Positions 1 to 14,661 of a stretch of DNA of 64,000 nt are shown one piece after another. This DNA comes from Lytechinus pictus (taxonomy: Eukaryota): assembly GCF_037042905.1 (NCBI RefSeq), contig NC_087245.1:28770001-28834000 (forward strand). The letters are read 5' to 3'. The position numbers and the translations under genes are program-made. The number at the start of each line of letters is the position of its first letter. Within the stretch, counting starts at the first letter, position 1. The notes below the pieces were generated by a model. That model did no database searches, was not told the DNA's origin, and was given only the letters and a program-made list of their open reading frames with translations.

Positions 1-1376
1 CTTGGACTTATGCAAATCAAGCTGGTTTTATAAAGGGCATTTATTTATAATTTTGTTTTTGTGACGCTATACAGTAACCATCTGTTTTTTATGATTATTC
101 ATTAAAACTGGCTTTTCTCAGCCTTCTTTCTCTTTGTAAAGAGGTCAGTGGAGCTTGATGTAGTGTCAGCATAACAAACTAGTGATAAGGAGCCAACCTT
201 GGCCCTGCAATAGCCTTTGCCTAATTTTTAGGCAGCATGATAATTTGTGGTAAAGAATTCGCAATGCGTTGATTAATTTTCATATTGAACATACACAAAA
301 GTTTCAGGAATATTTCAAAAATAGTTACATGTGTGATTTAAGATTATACTGAGGTGACATATTTTATGCATGATCTGTGGATGAATACTAATTAGCATGC
401 ATCCTCTTGTCATGAAATGGTCACTTCGACGATGTGTTCTATACCATACGCAACTGCACCCTCTAATTTAGGGTCTTACCTGATTAATGTAATAATGTTC
501 CACAGTGAGTGTAGGTCGGGCATTCGTTTTTATATCACGGGGATATTATTCAGAGTATGTCTATGGTTATATTTAAGTATTTAGAAACTATTACAACAAT
601 CCTGTACATGTATATGATAGGTCATTTTTTTAATAAAAGGTGATTATTGATTTTCATTCCATTTCATCTATAAAACAAAAATGGGATTGTACATTTTGAC
701 TTGAGATTTCTCCCCAGTGGGATTTCAAATACTAGTATCATTGAGGAGCTACTATCCAGATCATTGCATAAGGTTGTATGTATCAAGATAACTTACACAC
801 TGTTTATCATTTTAACAAGAAAACATGAATATAGTTATCTTTTCATGTTATTTCTCTTGTCCAATTATCCACCTTTAAATGCATAATTTTTCAAGGGAAT
901 TGCGTGTCATGATAATTTTTTTTAATGTATATGAAAATAGGAGTCATATTTCCTCCATGTCATTCAGGAAAAATATGAAATTCTGAAAAGATATCCCTTC
1001 AAGGGATATGAAACCTCAGCTGATTATTTGTCAAAAAGTTGATATATTTTTAATTATAATTCAATCAATCAGGAGGAAGGGTAATCAACATTCAGTATGT
1101 AAAAGTTTTGGTGATGGTTTAAATATTATGTAATCTATCATATTGTCATTAAATGAATTAATAATTATTGTATATCACATGGTATTTATTATTGTTATTC
1201 ATGTATTAATTTATACGTTTTGATTGATGTGTACATTGTGTGTGTGTGTGTGTGTGAGAGAGAGGGGGGGGGGTGGGAGGTTGTGATGGCGAGAGCGAAC
1301 GAGGGGGGGGGGAGAGGCGATGCCTGAGAAAGAATGAGGAACAGACAAAATGATAGAGACAACTCCAGACATGCCA

Positions 1377-1544
1377 GGGGGCCGTTTCATAAAGCTGTTT
1401 GTAAGTTAAGGAGACTTTAAGAACGACTGGTGATCCTTTCTTACGCGCCAAACCATCGCCCATGAATATACCATTTACCACAAGAAAGGGTCACCAATCG
1501 TTCTTTAAGTCGCTTAAACTAAAGAACGGCTTTATGAAACACCC
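1377..1544. mobile_element. Palindromic MITE (same family as 9426-9599)
   Basis: About 65-bp TIRs GTTTCATAAAGCTGTT...GAACGACTGGTGA and their inverse; second copy at 9426-9599. Confidence 0.8.
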
Positions 1545-1685
1545 ATCAGAATTGATGAAGATGATTGGGTGGGACCAATAAGGGATGAGAGAGACACCCA
1601 AAGCAGAGGAAGGCGAGAAGCAGTATAAATTGAATTGATGGATTCATCAGCGGATCTACCCCCGCTCACGTATAGTGGCAGTACG

Positions 1686-3890
1686 CATAGGCGGATCCTG
1701 CCCCCCCCCCATTGGCAGAGGAAAAAAAAAGAAAAAAGGGGGATATAAAAAAAAGAAGAAAAAGACTGGAAAAGAGGAGAAAAAAAAGAAGGGAAAGGAA
1801 ACATAAGAGGAGGAAGATGAGTGAATAAAATAAGATTAGGAAAGATTGGAAAATAATAATTAAAAAAAATCTTTCATCTTTCTAACCTTTACACTATATA
1901 AAATTTTCGCTCGCGCTTCGCGATCGCATTGCCTTTTAGGTGATTTACATATCTTGCTCAATACGGAGTTTAAAATATCAAAATTTTAAGTCAATATACA
2001 AAACATATTTCAGCGCTGAAATCGAATTTTCATTATTTAATTTATAAAAAGTGCTCTGTAAAAATTTATGTTGAATATTTTTTGCTCGCGCTGCGCGCTC
2101 GCAAAATTTGATTTGTCAGGTACCTATTATTTTCCTGTATTTAAGTTCTCAAAATATCCATATTCAGGTCAGATTGTCAAAACGTATCAGCTAGCGCTGC
2201 ACGCTTGCATTTTGATTGGTGAGTTATGCATATCTTAATATTAATTCTATTGAAACCCCCATTAAAATCCCCATTTCATGACAGTTTATAAAAAATTTCG
2301 GCTCGCGATTAGCGCTCTCATTGATGGTTGAAAATATATTAACTCATGCATCGTATTCATAATTAAAAGTGCTTTAATATTTCATTTTTCAGGCCATTAT
2401 AATAACAGATTTCGCGCTCTCATTGGGGCTTATTAGATTAATGAATAAGAATGGATAATATTCGTTCAGAATGGAATATCGGCAAGTTTCATCTCGCACT
2501 TAGGAAGAGAAATAGGAAGATAGTCATCATTTTCATTATTATGACATGATGTTCTTAGAATGCGCGTCCCGCGCCTATGTCAAAACTCAAAGTAATAATA
2601 GTGGAACATATCAGCTCTTTTTTAACTGTGATTCATATCCACCTCACAAGTTCCTACAAAGTGCTTCAAGTAGTTTAGATTGACCCTTTTTCTGATCGGA
2701 ATATCAAATATTTAAAGCTCGCGCTTCGCGCTCGCTTTATTGATTTTCATGATAAAAAGGTATTTAGAATGTCCAGATTCTAGGTCGAAATCTGAAATAC
2801 ACGCGCACAAGTTAATTCAGATAAACAGCTTGTTCTCTATTTAAATCATTATCCATTTTCAGATCACAATATAAAAAATTTCTGCTCGCGCTTTGCGCTC
2901 GCATCATTAAAGGAGAATGAAACCCTTGAAACTAGCTGAATCCATATCAAAGAGAAAAATCAAAGAAACATATTGTTGAAAGTTTGAGGAAGATTGAATG
3001 AATAATAAGAAAGTTATGAGCATTTGAATATTGAGATCACTAGTGCCATGTAGATCCTCCCATCGGCAATGCGACCAAGATCTGTGATATCACACACGTA
3101 CAACTCCTTCATTACTTTAGTACTTATTTCACTTATATTCTCACTTTTATAGAGTCTATCACAAGGTTCGGTGCTTTCTTTATGGGATGACAAGTACAGA
3201 GGTTTCACAACATTATATCATTGATGAATCGTTTGTCATATGATTAGAATGAGCAAAAAGAGATGTTTTGGGGTATATTTTCAGTGTCCGAATGGGAGAG
3301 TTGTACGTGTGTGACATCACAGATCTTGGTCGCATTGCCAATGGGAGGATCTCCATAGCATTAGTGATCTCGACATTCAAATGCTCATAACTCTTTTATT
3401 GCAAGTCCTATTTTACTCAAAGTTTTGTTGATCTTATTCTTTGATTTTTCTGCTTTCACAAAAGCTAACTTGCTCCAAGAGTTTCATTCTCCTTTAATGT
3501 AGAAAGATTTCCAATTACCCATCCTTTTCATGATTTACAAAACATGAATAGAGTGTCCCATTTTTAGGTGTAAATCTCGAATTTATTTAGTTGGATACAC
3601 ATCTCGTTCAAGATCACAAACATTGCCCAGAATGTTAAACTTTCAGGACAAAATACCTGAAATAAAAAATAGCTTGCGCTTCGCGCTCGCACTATTTAAA
3701 TGAAGCTTATGATATTATTGTTTATTTATGTTGATTTATAAGAATAAAGCTTAGAAGTGACTATTAGGACTACCCCTTCAAAGAAACAAATAAAAATCAA
3801 CTTCGAGCGGCCGTCCGGGGAAAATGTGGCTGAAAAAAATCCGCCCCCCTATTGGCAAAGAATGGTCCCCCCCCCCCGGATCCGCCCCTG
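1686..3890. mobile_element. Non-autonomous TIR element (hAT-like termini) with periodic GCTCGCGCTTCGCGCTCGC motifs
   Basis: CATAGGCGGATCC / GGATCCGCCCCTG termini, with AGTACG directly flanking both ends. Confidence 0.7.
2911..3493. mobile_element. Kolobok-type palindromic MITE
   Basis: TTAA on both sides, AGGAGAATGAAAC / GTTTCATTCTCCT termini, and about 90-bp internal inverted arms (3013-3105 vs 3298-3391). Confidence 0.85.
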
Positions 3891-4221
3891 AGTACGTGTA
3901 GTTAAGACTCCCTTCTCACGCCTTGTCGGCAGTTCACAAGGATGCCATTTTCACCCTTTTTCATTGACCAACTCGTTCTCGCGGATTTACTGAGACGAGC
4001 TTTCTTGCAAGTGCCCTATCTTGTATCAGTCTCCCTTTTTATTCAAGAAAAGTGCCCCACACGAACGTGTTCTGTGTCCCTTTCACATGAGATGGAAAAT
4101 TTACGTGTTAACGAGAGCTTCTTTAAAACAAGAAAACAATAATCTCATTTTTATATGTTACTTCAAAATTTGTAAAGGTAATCTTACGTGTTTCACGTGT
4201 CATATGAGTGGGGTAGATAAG

Positions 4222-4472
4222 CAGAGGCGTACAGATGGGGGGCTCTTGCCCCCTCCCAAAATTTTTCACGACCAAGAAAAAAAAAGGGAAAAGGAAAGAG
4301 AGAAGGGTGAAATATGATATTATTTTCTGAATATTAGTTGTCAAAATCTATCACAAATTGGATTTTTGCTTTGAATTTATCGAATTTTTTGCTCGCTCGC
4401 CCGCAACTTCTTATAAATTTACATGATACGACATATCTAGACCCTCAAAAGTTTTGGCCAATTACGCCACTG
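4222..4472. mobile_element. Short hAT-type MITE
   Basis: CAGAGGCGTA / TACGCCACTG termini; 8-bp TSD TAGATAAG. Confidence 0.85.
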
Positions 4473-4734
4473 TAGATAAGTTATTTTTCTTTGTTTTAAG
4501 ATAGTGCCTTAAAAAAAAAAAGGTCAAATTTTTCCCTGTGCCCCCCCCCCCCCTACACTTTCAACCAACTTCACTCCGCCGCGCCTGGAATTAAAGTCAC
4601 GACATATCTCCTCGAGCGAACATACAGAGAAACATGTGTAAATCACTAGTATGGAAATACGAATATGAGAACCATCAGAATTTCATTATGCCCAACTGCC
4701 CCAGTCCTGTACTCTAGCGGTGAGACTTCTCCAT

Positions 4735-4872
4735 CAGGGGCGGATCCAGGATTTTCCAAGGGGGGGGGGGCACACTTGTGTTTTAACGGCATCTTTACAT
4801 TACAAATTTGAATTGTGCCTCTCAGAGGGAAGGGGCACGGGTCGGCTGCCCCCCTCCCTGGATCCGGCAGTG
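4735..4872. mobile_element. Short hAT-type MITE
   Basis: CAGGGGCGGATCCAGG / CCTGGATCCGGCAGTG termini; 8-bp TSD TTCTCCAT. Confidence 0.85.
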
Positions 4873-5903
4873 TTCTCCATGATCTAAATATCTAATCTAA
4901 CAACTCGTCGGATTTACCTGGTCGCATCAGTATGGAATAAAAACAATCGGCGCTTAATGACGCATCAATCGAGAACCATCTTTTATATGTCTGTGATAAC
5001 ACTTATTGTCATGACGCAATGAAAATTAAAAAAATAATCGTGATAATGCTAAGACTTTCTCTTTTAGTAATTTAATATACATATTACAATGCAATAGGAA
5101 GACAACATACAATTTCAGAATGGATAACACAACTTGAATATATCAATGATAATCGTCATAAGCAAGCACTGACATAAACACATGATTATAATTACAGATT
5201 AAAGAAATATATATACATGTATATATCATAAGAGGATTAAAATAAACAGAAAAAATATGCGTATTTACACCAGCATTAAGCAAATACAACCATAGCCTAT
5301 ATTTTCACAAAATAATTACATTTTGATAATACAGTTACTTCTTTAAAAGTTTGAACTATTAAAAAAATCAATTTTCATAATCCATGCCTATATGCTCTGA
5401 AAAAGACAGGTCAAAATAAGAAATCCTAATACATATTTTCAAATTTTAAGGCCAATACCGACTGCTCTTGTCTGAGCAAAAAACAAAACAAAAACGTATA
5501 AATAGCAGTGAAAATCGGAATCGGCCAGATTATTAGTGAACATGGACCAATTAAAAGTTAAAAAGATTGCTTTGGACGCCAAACACATAGCTCTTCACAA
5601 ATGCATGTGATTTTTTGTCCATTCTACTTTGTAGAATTCAGAACCAAGTAAAAGATAATACAGACAGCATAGGAAACAAAATAGTACTACATTACTTTAC
5701 TCCATAAAATAGGTGAAAGATTTATCAAACAACGATTTTCTTTATAACAAAAAATTTAGATATGGATAATGAAACATTTTTTTGATATAAATATTACCAA
5801 AGCAAGAACATGATAGCTCTCTCATTGGTTTGACCTGTTATTTCATGTAGTTCACGTGACACGCGACAAAGAAATGGCAAGATATCGCACTTTAGGTAGC
5901 TTA

Positions 5904-6113
5904 CACTGCAAAAACTCCGGCGTTCATTTAACACCAGCCCGGAATCTATATGTCCACACGAGAGAAGTGTTAAACAACATCAGTTTCGTTTTGGTTAACA
6001 CCAGAAAGGTATTTATACAACACCAATTAGTATTAAAACTGCATTGGTTTGATTGGTGTGGACATATATAGATTCCGGGCTGGTGTTAAATCAACACCGG
6101 AGTTTTTGCAGTG
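5904..6113. mobile_element. Palindromic MITE with CACTG termini (CACTA/EnSpm-like), TA flanks
   Basis: About 55-bp near-perfect TIRs CACTGCAAAAACTCCGG...CCGGAGTTTTTGCAGTG, with TA on both sides. Confidence 0.82.
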
Positions 6114-7939
6114 TAGATAAAAAAAAAAATGAAGACCAAGAGAGCATCACAAGAGAAAAGAAAAAAGGAAAAAGACGCAAACAGAAAAGAGGATTAGGTG
6201 AAGTTTTGAGGTAACCTGTGAATGTGTAGGTGTAAATAAAAATGAGTATGTTGGGAAAACGATAAATGTTGTTAGAGTTAGATACGCTAGCACAGGGTTG
6301 TTGAACTACCGCCTGTCGAAAAAATGATTAAACCGTCGGATCAAGAAGGGCTGTTACATTTGCTTTAGTCCTTGAGTTCCCCCATTCAGCAAACACTTTT
6401 ATCGGTAAATGATCATAATGATCGTGATTTTTGCGCAATACGACTTTGCAAGCTCTCTGCACCGACAGGACGACGAACTGGGCTTACAAGAGCCACGTTT
6501 CAGGTACAAAAAATTAAGGTCATATAAAAATGTAATTTTCGCTCGCGCTTCGCGCTCGATAACATGCGGCTTAAATATTCCGTTCTCACGTCAAATATGC
6601 ACAAATTAAGTCTGCTCTGGATTCGATGTTTTTCATTTTGTTTCAGCGAGATAGGAATCCTATTTTCATATCACATACAGCTGAATAGTGCAGCTTAATA
6701 TATACATTAAAAAAAACTTAGCTCGCGCTACGCAGTAGCATTATTTGGTTAGTGAAACACGTATTCTCTTCATGAATTCCCATAAACTGTCCTTGAAAAT
6801 AATGACCACATTTCAGGTCAGGACAGTATTTTGGTATTGTTTAGTTTAAATCTCATCCTATTTCATAATTACAAAAAGTGCTTATTGAATGTCCCGTTTG
6901 TATATCGATATCGCTCGCTCTCGCAAAATATATAGGCCTACCTACGCAAAACAAAGTTTTAAGGGGTAGTGTACGGTCGGTCTATTGCAAATCTTTCGGT
7001 TCAAACTACTTTACTCAAATTATAACCAATTCTCATGACATTTAGAATGCAAATTGGTCTCGGGGTAAAGACGTGCAAGGCACAGTTTTTGCATGTGTCG
7101 GAAATTGTGTTGCCATGCAGGGTAGCAACATATTACAACAATTAATGTGTAAATATCTTGCGGATTAAAAACATAACAACTCATTTTATGAACTCATATG
7201 CTCATCATAAAATTTGGTCCACATGGGTGTTGAGCTATAAAGATTAACCGCATACTATGACCAAATACCCAGCTTGGTGCGACGGGTTTAAACTTTAAAA
7301 GTATTATTGATAGTTATTTGAAGAGGAGAGGTTTCTATGATTCCGTGGTAATAGACAATTAACTTTGTATTGAAATAAATCACATCAAGATTCATTTTAA
7401 CATTTCAATATGCCTGGAACATTGCAGGCCTAATTGAGGTACAAAGTACTTGAACTTATTTAATGTAGTTCCATCCAACCAAACAGGCTGACTGCATGGA
7501 TGTATGTTTTTTCTTTCACTGAAAGAAAACCCTTTCAGCACCGAAACCTTCAATAACAGTCAGATGAGTTTGATGATTTCTCCCGTTTTCTTTGGTATAT
7601 GCGCGTGTAAAGCTAATGGTCTTGGTAGACTTCCTACACAACAAAAACTGAGGTGTTGACTGGTGTACATAGACACCGTACAGGACCACACCAGTCATTT
7701 TACACTGAAGGTGATTTCGTGGTGTAATTTCAATATCCAATGTATTAAAACTCTCATTTCTGTTAAACTAACACACTTTGGTGTTATTTTCAAACGCTAG
7801 GGTGCACTTTCATCACCTTTTGGTGTGGTCTACTATAGACACCAACTGATGTCAGTGTTGACACCTCAGTTTTTAAAATGTATATAAGCCCCCCATCAAT
7901 CAGCATTCTCTGACGAGGTGATGCACGTCGATATCATCG

Positions 7940-8215
<276 letters not shown>

Positions 8216-9374
8216 TCATACCGTTCATTGACATGCTATTTATAAAAAAAATCGTTCTTACGGCGTTCGGAAAGGCATTTTGTGACCATAGCATTAACTC
8301 CTCATTGATTTCCCCAAAACTGCATCAAGAAATAGCAATTAAGCTACAAAGTCTGACGTTCGTAAATCGAGATTCGTAGATGGGTCATATATTCTTACGA
8401 CCTTCTTAAGAACAACTTACAAACTTCATGAGAAGTGAAATGAGATCGGTACCGTTATACACTGGCCCTAGAGTTCGTATGCTTTTTTTGTGGTAAGAAC
8501 GCATTGAGTTTTTCTTTCGTCATAATTATGATCATCTTAAGATTTCTGTTGCCGCGAGATGGACAGAGGTGCAATTCACGGCATTCTTAAGTCATTCGTA
8601 AAAAGAAGTTGACTTTGCAGTTGCAAAATACCTATACCCCCGAGTCCCTTACGAACGCCTTAAAAACACAAAGACTTTCGTAAGAGCGTCGTAAGAAGAA
8701 TGTCCTAACAGCAACATAGCGGATTCAACAAATGGATGAATGTCGGATAGATTTTTTTTATTTAAAAAAATGGCGTAAAAGGGGGGCTTAGGGCCATGGA
8801 AACCCAAAATTTTCACAATCAAGGGAAGGAAAAAGGAGAAAAAGAAAAGGAGAGGAAAAAGTTGGGGAATATATACTATTTTCTGAATAATACTGATGAG
8901 TCAAAATCTATCACAAAATTTTGTACTAAAAAGGTCTTTGCCCCATACGCTCTGTCTGCCCTCTTTAAAATGTTTGTCTCATTAGGCAACACGTTGTTGT
9001 TAAGATAATACTCCTAAAATTCTTATATCAGATTATGCGTGTGAGTGTTTTCAGACGAGGTCGATCGACTCCCTTTTCAGAAAGTGTTGCAAACAAACTT
9101 GATTTTCGAACAAGGGCACATTTTGCATTTGGAATCTTTATTTCTTTTTTTCGATCTTCTTTTTGCAACATCTAATATAATTATGATCGTGTTTGTATAG
9201 GGGATAGGCGTTTTAATATAACCATCAAAAAGATAATGCTCAGACTTGAAGCCGTGACACCGAATGAATCGGTTAATATTTTCGTGCTCTTAGTTAAATT
9301 GCAAGCTCATGGTGCAGTCTTGCATGGTTATATTAAGATATAACTTTTTTTTCTTAGTTCTACAAACTCTCCGG

Positions 9375-9676
9375 ACATCAATTTCCTTCAGCAAGAAACT
9401 TATCAATATTGTGCTGCACAGCCCAGGTGGATGTTTCATAAAGCTGTTCTTAAGTTAAGAGCGACTTTAAGAACGACTGGTGATCCTTTTTTGTGGTAAA
9501 TGGTATTGAATTGGCGATTGTTTAGTGCGTACAAGAAGGGTTCACCAGTCGTTCTTAAAGTCGCTCTTAACTTCAGAACAGCTTTATGAAACGCGGCCCT
9601 GATGAGGTAAATGGGCACCTATCTACCAGAAATGCATTCCTTGAAACGCAGTGCGCGTAACGGCTGCTCTGCTAAA
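9375..9676 (+). mobile_element. SINE body, 5' part; the 3' part resumes at 15192-15340
   Basis: TTCCTTCAGCAAGAAACTTATC...TGTGCTGCAC...CCCAGG matches the SINEs at 60972 and 63650. Alignment to the 60972 copy continues across the foldback insertion to an (ATT)n-like tail. Confidence 0.7.
9426..9599. mobile_element. Palindromic MITE inserted in a SINE
   Basis: Near-perfect TIRs of about 65 bp. It splits the SINE motif CCCAGG|TGAGGTAAATGGG. Confidence 0.82.
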
Positions 9677-12600
9677 GGTGACCCGACAATTGCTCCGCCG
9701 ACATCTGCTCCGCCGACAATTGCTACGCAAAATAAGACAGTTGCTCCGCCGACAATTGCTCCGGACAATTGCTCCGCCGACAGTTGCTCCGTCGACACTT
9801 GCTCCGCCGATATGTGCTCCGTCGACACTTGCTCCGCCGATATTTGCTCCGCCGATATTTGCTCCGCCGACATGTGCTCCGCCGACATCTGCTCCGCCGA
9901 AAATTGCTCCGCCGACAATTGCTCCGCCGATAGTTGCTCCGCCGACATCTGCTCCGATTATACGACAATTGCTCCGCGACAATTGCTCCGCCGATATTTG
10001 CTCCGCCGAAAATTGCTCCGATTATACGACAATTGCTCCGCGACAATTGCTCCGCCGATATTTGCTCCGCCGAAAATTGCTCCGATTATACGACAATTGC
10101 TCCGCCGATATTTGCTCCGCCGACATCTGCTCCGATTATACGACAATTGCATGAACATCTTATTTCTCCAAGTTGGTCTATGTTAAATGATAAGAAATTC
10201 ATCCTGATACAAATTGTTTTGTCGTTGTTTTGTTCTTGTTATTCGTTAATGTTTTATTTATTTTATTCTCCCCCTATCATCACAGCTTTCTGCTTAAAAA
10301 ACAAAACAAATTGTTCTCCCTGCCGCTGCCACTTGACAAATTGTAACGGAGAAGGGGAATGACACACTCCCCATTGAAATTGTGAATCTGGATTTTTGTT
10401 CATATATTATTATCATTGGTTTCACTCTGGTCTTGAGCGGGGAGAGAATTGGGGGGGGGGGGTGCTGGACACAATATCTCTTCTGCTTTCCAGCAACTTA
10501 TACACCATACATTCGCGCGGGCTCTCTCTCTCTCTCTTTCTCGTTTTGTTCTTTCACGTTGTTTATTTTTATTGGTGACCGCTTGATTTATTGTATATTT
10601 ATCAGTATTATAATTATTAATATTTGTATCAATAATTTTTATTTACGTCTTCGGCCTTATCTACCCTTGCACTTTTTTTCCTTCAATTTGTTTCAAACGA
10701 AAGTATGATCATCACTGGCGTACAGATGGTGGAGGGGCGTGCTAGGGGTCACGGATCCCCCCATTCTCCCTACCAATGAAAAAAAAAAGAATAAAGGAAA
10801 GGAAAATAAATGTCATCCTTGTCTCGCCCCCTCCATTTTTTGTTGTTGGCTCATTACGCTACTGGTGAGTTACTATAAAACTAGACTTCGGTTGTATTTT
10901 TGTTCTATTCTGTGCAAAGCGACAATATAAATATATTATAATAAATGAATATATGTATGTATCTCTCTCATTACGTCTAAACAAATAATGTCATTTTTAA
11001 AAGACAATAATATATATACCAGCAATAATATAGTTACAAATTCATGAAACCCAATACGCATCTCACTGAATTTATAATGCGAGCACAAAGCACGAGCTGT
11101 TATTGACATGGAAAGGGGACATTTATACGCCTTTTTTAACCCTTGAAGCATATCTCGGGGGGGGGGGATATCTCGTAAAAGAAATGAGAGCACGATGCGT
11201 TAATTTAATATTTTGGATATATTTACCAGAGTTACAATTCTATATATTTCTTTTTCTTTGTGTTATTTCTTTCGACAAACTGTAATTGAAGTATTGAAGA
11301 GTATATAGGCTGTTATGCCTGCTGATCATGATAGAATGTGGATTATTTTGCTGATTCATTAGATCTTAACATGTGTTCTTTAAATTGGGTAATTTGGGTA
11401 CATGTTAGAAACACAGGCATTGTGCATTCAGATGCACATTGTGAAAATGAGATTCAGTATTCCTTGCAGCTAAGAAAGGTTTTGAAAATGACACTACTCT
11501 CAATTACATGTATACTGTATCCATAGTTGCGAGTGTGTGAAAATGAAGGTGTTTGCAGTCATTAAAGTGTAGTTTTGGTTGGAAAACGTTAATAAAACTG
11601 TCGAGAACGTACAGTCTTCATGATTTCATTTATCTCATGTTCTGATCAGTAAATCAAATAAAAAATTATAATGACAAGAACTTGTTAAGTTTATCCTTCT
11701 ATTTCAATCCCATGAATAAACAGAAATCGCGATATTCAGAAATAATAAGTCATACACCACCATTTTTCCTCAAGCTCTTACTCACTCCCCCTCTTTCTCT
11801 CTCTCTCTCTCTCTTTCCCACCATAACCCTTTTCACAATCATTTTTGTTTGATTTCCGCATAAGCAAAACGACGAGGACAATGATAATGATGGTGATGAT
11901 AAAGATGCTGATAATGCTGCTGATGATGATAATGGTGGTACAATTATAATGATAATAAGTACATGAACACACGTTTTCTTCTCATATAGTTCATTCTTGG
12001 AAAATACATAGGCGGCCATATACACATGAAGGTATATCATTTATAGAAGAAAATCTTGTTTGATTGATTTTTTTTTTTTTGAAACTACGTGTAAAATGAT
12101 ATCCCCCATCAACAACAAATTGTTACTTACATTATAACATCATAATGAATATAATTCGACTATTGGCGGACCATATTTAGATTTAGATTAAGATTTATTC
12201 ATTTTCCGTTCACAAAGCACAACAAAATCAAAGTAACAATACATAGTCAAATTTAAAGTACAATATCAATCGGTATAATGCATAAGAATTAGAACGTATA
12301 AACAATGAGAACTAATGCGAACTAAAGTAACCTTGACTAATAACTATATAAAACAGAACATATGGATTTTATTTTTGGATTATTAAAAAAATATTAATTA
12401 TCCTTTTTCTATCAGTGAAGAAAACAATCATGATCAACATAAAACAAAACAGCAACTCACTATTATATACAGTATTATCATAATCTAAAAACCTACGGTG
12501 TGTATATGACATGATGTGGATGTGGAGACCAGACTGAGAGCACTGTGTGTACGAGAGGATATGGAAACCAGAGTGGAGGGGTGTGCCGAGAAGGTGACAC

Positions 12601-12964
12601 GACATGTAGCCTTTCACAAGTTGGTATTTTCTTGAATATTAATTTTTACTTACTGAATGTCTTGGTCATGTTTGTATGGCACAAAATGTGCCGACAGTAA
12701 ACATTTAGCGTGACTAAAGTACAGGTTTTCGACAAAATAAGGTGGGGTATACCGTTGAATTTCACCTGGAGCAAATGTCTCCACTTCGGAGCATATTTCG
12801 CCAGTCTGAGCGATTTTGACGCTAAGAATGGGGTATGTCTAATTTGTTTCTACTGTTATAACATGGAGCTATATGGTTATAATAGTTACATGAAAACGCG
12901 TTTTTTTTTCTTCATTTTAACCGCCAGGCACGTGATAAAACTTACACAAATGCTCCCCCCCCCC

Positions 12965-14436
12965 CAACCGCGTAGCCAGGATTTTATTTTGGAGGGGGCG
13001 GTACATGCACGCGAAGCGTGCCAACACTTACAGAGCGCGCTCCCTAGGGGGTGGGTGCAGGGAGGGGGAGTTTTCCCCTCCCGCGCGAAGCGCGAAGCTT
13101 TCGGTGTTTCATGAATTAAAATGAAAAGGAGCCGTCTCTCTTGTCTCTAGTACCTATATCAGCTAGCTCCAATTCAGTTGACTATATTTAGATTTTGAAC
13201 CTTTTTTTTCAAAAGTGATTGTGAACGCACAAAAAAGGGATAAAATGGAAGAAATTAAAATAATAATTACCCCGCGCGAGGCGCGGAAGCTAAAGCATTT
13301 TATCAAGTTTTTTTCCAAATAAAAAAGGGTCCCAAGATAAGGGTTCTCTAAGTTAAAATGAATGCGTCCCTTAGAAAGATCAGATTTGATTACAAACAAT
13401 TATATCTTTAACTCGCAAAACAGAGGAGGAGAAGGGTATATGCCGGGAGGAAGATAATCCTCCCCGCCCTGAGCAATGAAACTGAAATTTCAAAGGGCGG
13501 ACGTTTCATCAAATGCAAATATCTCTAATACCTCATCGGCTCTAATTCAATTGATTTTCTAAGATTATTGAACTTCATTACGAGGAAAATAGTGCGCAAA
13601 AAGTTGAAACTTCTGTGATATATTTAAATTATATAAAAAAAGATGATTTCTTTGACTATTATCCTGAAGCGCTTCATTTTGAATGATAAAGAAACTTAGG
13701 TGTCATTAAATATTTCAAACTGAGGGCGCAAAACAGGACAGGAGATGAATGTGCAGGGAAATGAAGTTTAATAGAATTTGATAAAAAAATATTGTACTTT
13801 TTTTATTTGATACGACACGAATTGTATACTTTCCTCTTTTTAAATAAGTACCTGTTTGCCCCCAAATTATGGTTGTTTAGTAATGAGCTGAAAAGCGGGA
13901 GAAGTTGCCTATATGGAGGTGACGGCAGAAATTGATATAAAGATGTTACCCGCCCGGAGTCGACCCGACCAGAAGTTGCCCGATCAATAAAAAAAAAGAT
14001 AACTTCATATACTTCAGACTAACCTTACTCTAATTCCATGGAGCTATAAAACATGTCTAATTCCATGCCCTAATGTATACATTTGAACTTTAACTGGCAA
14101 AAAACACACATAGCTGAGGTGTAAAAACAGGGTTAGAGAAAGGGTGAGGGGATACAAAGGAGAACAGCCTGCAATATTGTCATCTAACCGCGCGCAGCGC
14201 GGAAGCAAAATTCATATAAATTTAGAGCAAGAGTGAAAGAGTTTCTCTTTTGAGAAAAAATTAAGAATAAAAAGAAAAACCCACAAAGCTACCTTTCTTC
14301 CCTTTCCTCCCTTCGCTTTTCCTTTTCTCCTCTCTTTTTTCCCTTCTTTTTTTTCTTTTTGGGGACGTTTTTTTTTTTTTTTTTTTTTTTGGGGGGGGGG
14401 TGACCGCCCCCACCGCCCCCCCTGGCTACGCGCCTG
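12965..14436 (+). mobile_element. Non-autonomous hAT-type element, copy 1 (nested in the foldback element)
   Basis: TIRs CAACCGCGTAGCCAGG / CCTGGCTACGCGCCTG with C8 on both flanks. Colinear and highly similar to 48188-51516. Confidence 0.85.
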
Positions 14437-14523
14437 CCCCCCCCACCATGAATAAGCATTAAGAATATCTATCCCTCCTTTGCGCTTACCCCTTTTTTTC
14501 TATTTATTTCTATATGCATGTAT

Positions 14524-14661
14524 CAGGGGCCGCGGAGCCGGGGGGCTTTAGCCCCCCAATTTTCCAAAAACGTAAGAATGACCATATGATTGTGATTTTT
14601 AGCATGGACAGCCCCCACTTTTGACTCAGCCCTCACTTTGAAAACCGTTCCGCGGCCCCTG
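14524..14661. mobile_element. Short TIR MITE
   Basis: CAGGGGCCGCGGA / TCCGCGGCCCCTG termini, with TGTAT on both flanks. Confidence 0.7.

Noticed and set aside
9611..10362. Overlapping pentapeptide-repeat ORFs (CSADI, IAPPT, LLRRQ, SAEQ, VGGA) here and at 14716-15281
   Set aside because: A stop-free 15-bp tandem unit opens all frames. The arrays are the inverted arms of a TSD-flanked element, not genes.
10200..12900. Transposase within the middle of the large foldback element
   Set aside because: Only short low-complexity ORFs are present, with no DDE, zinc-finger or other transposase motif that I can recognise.
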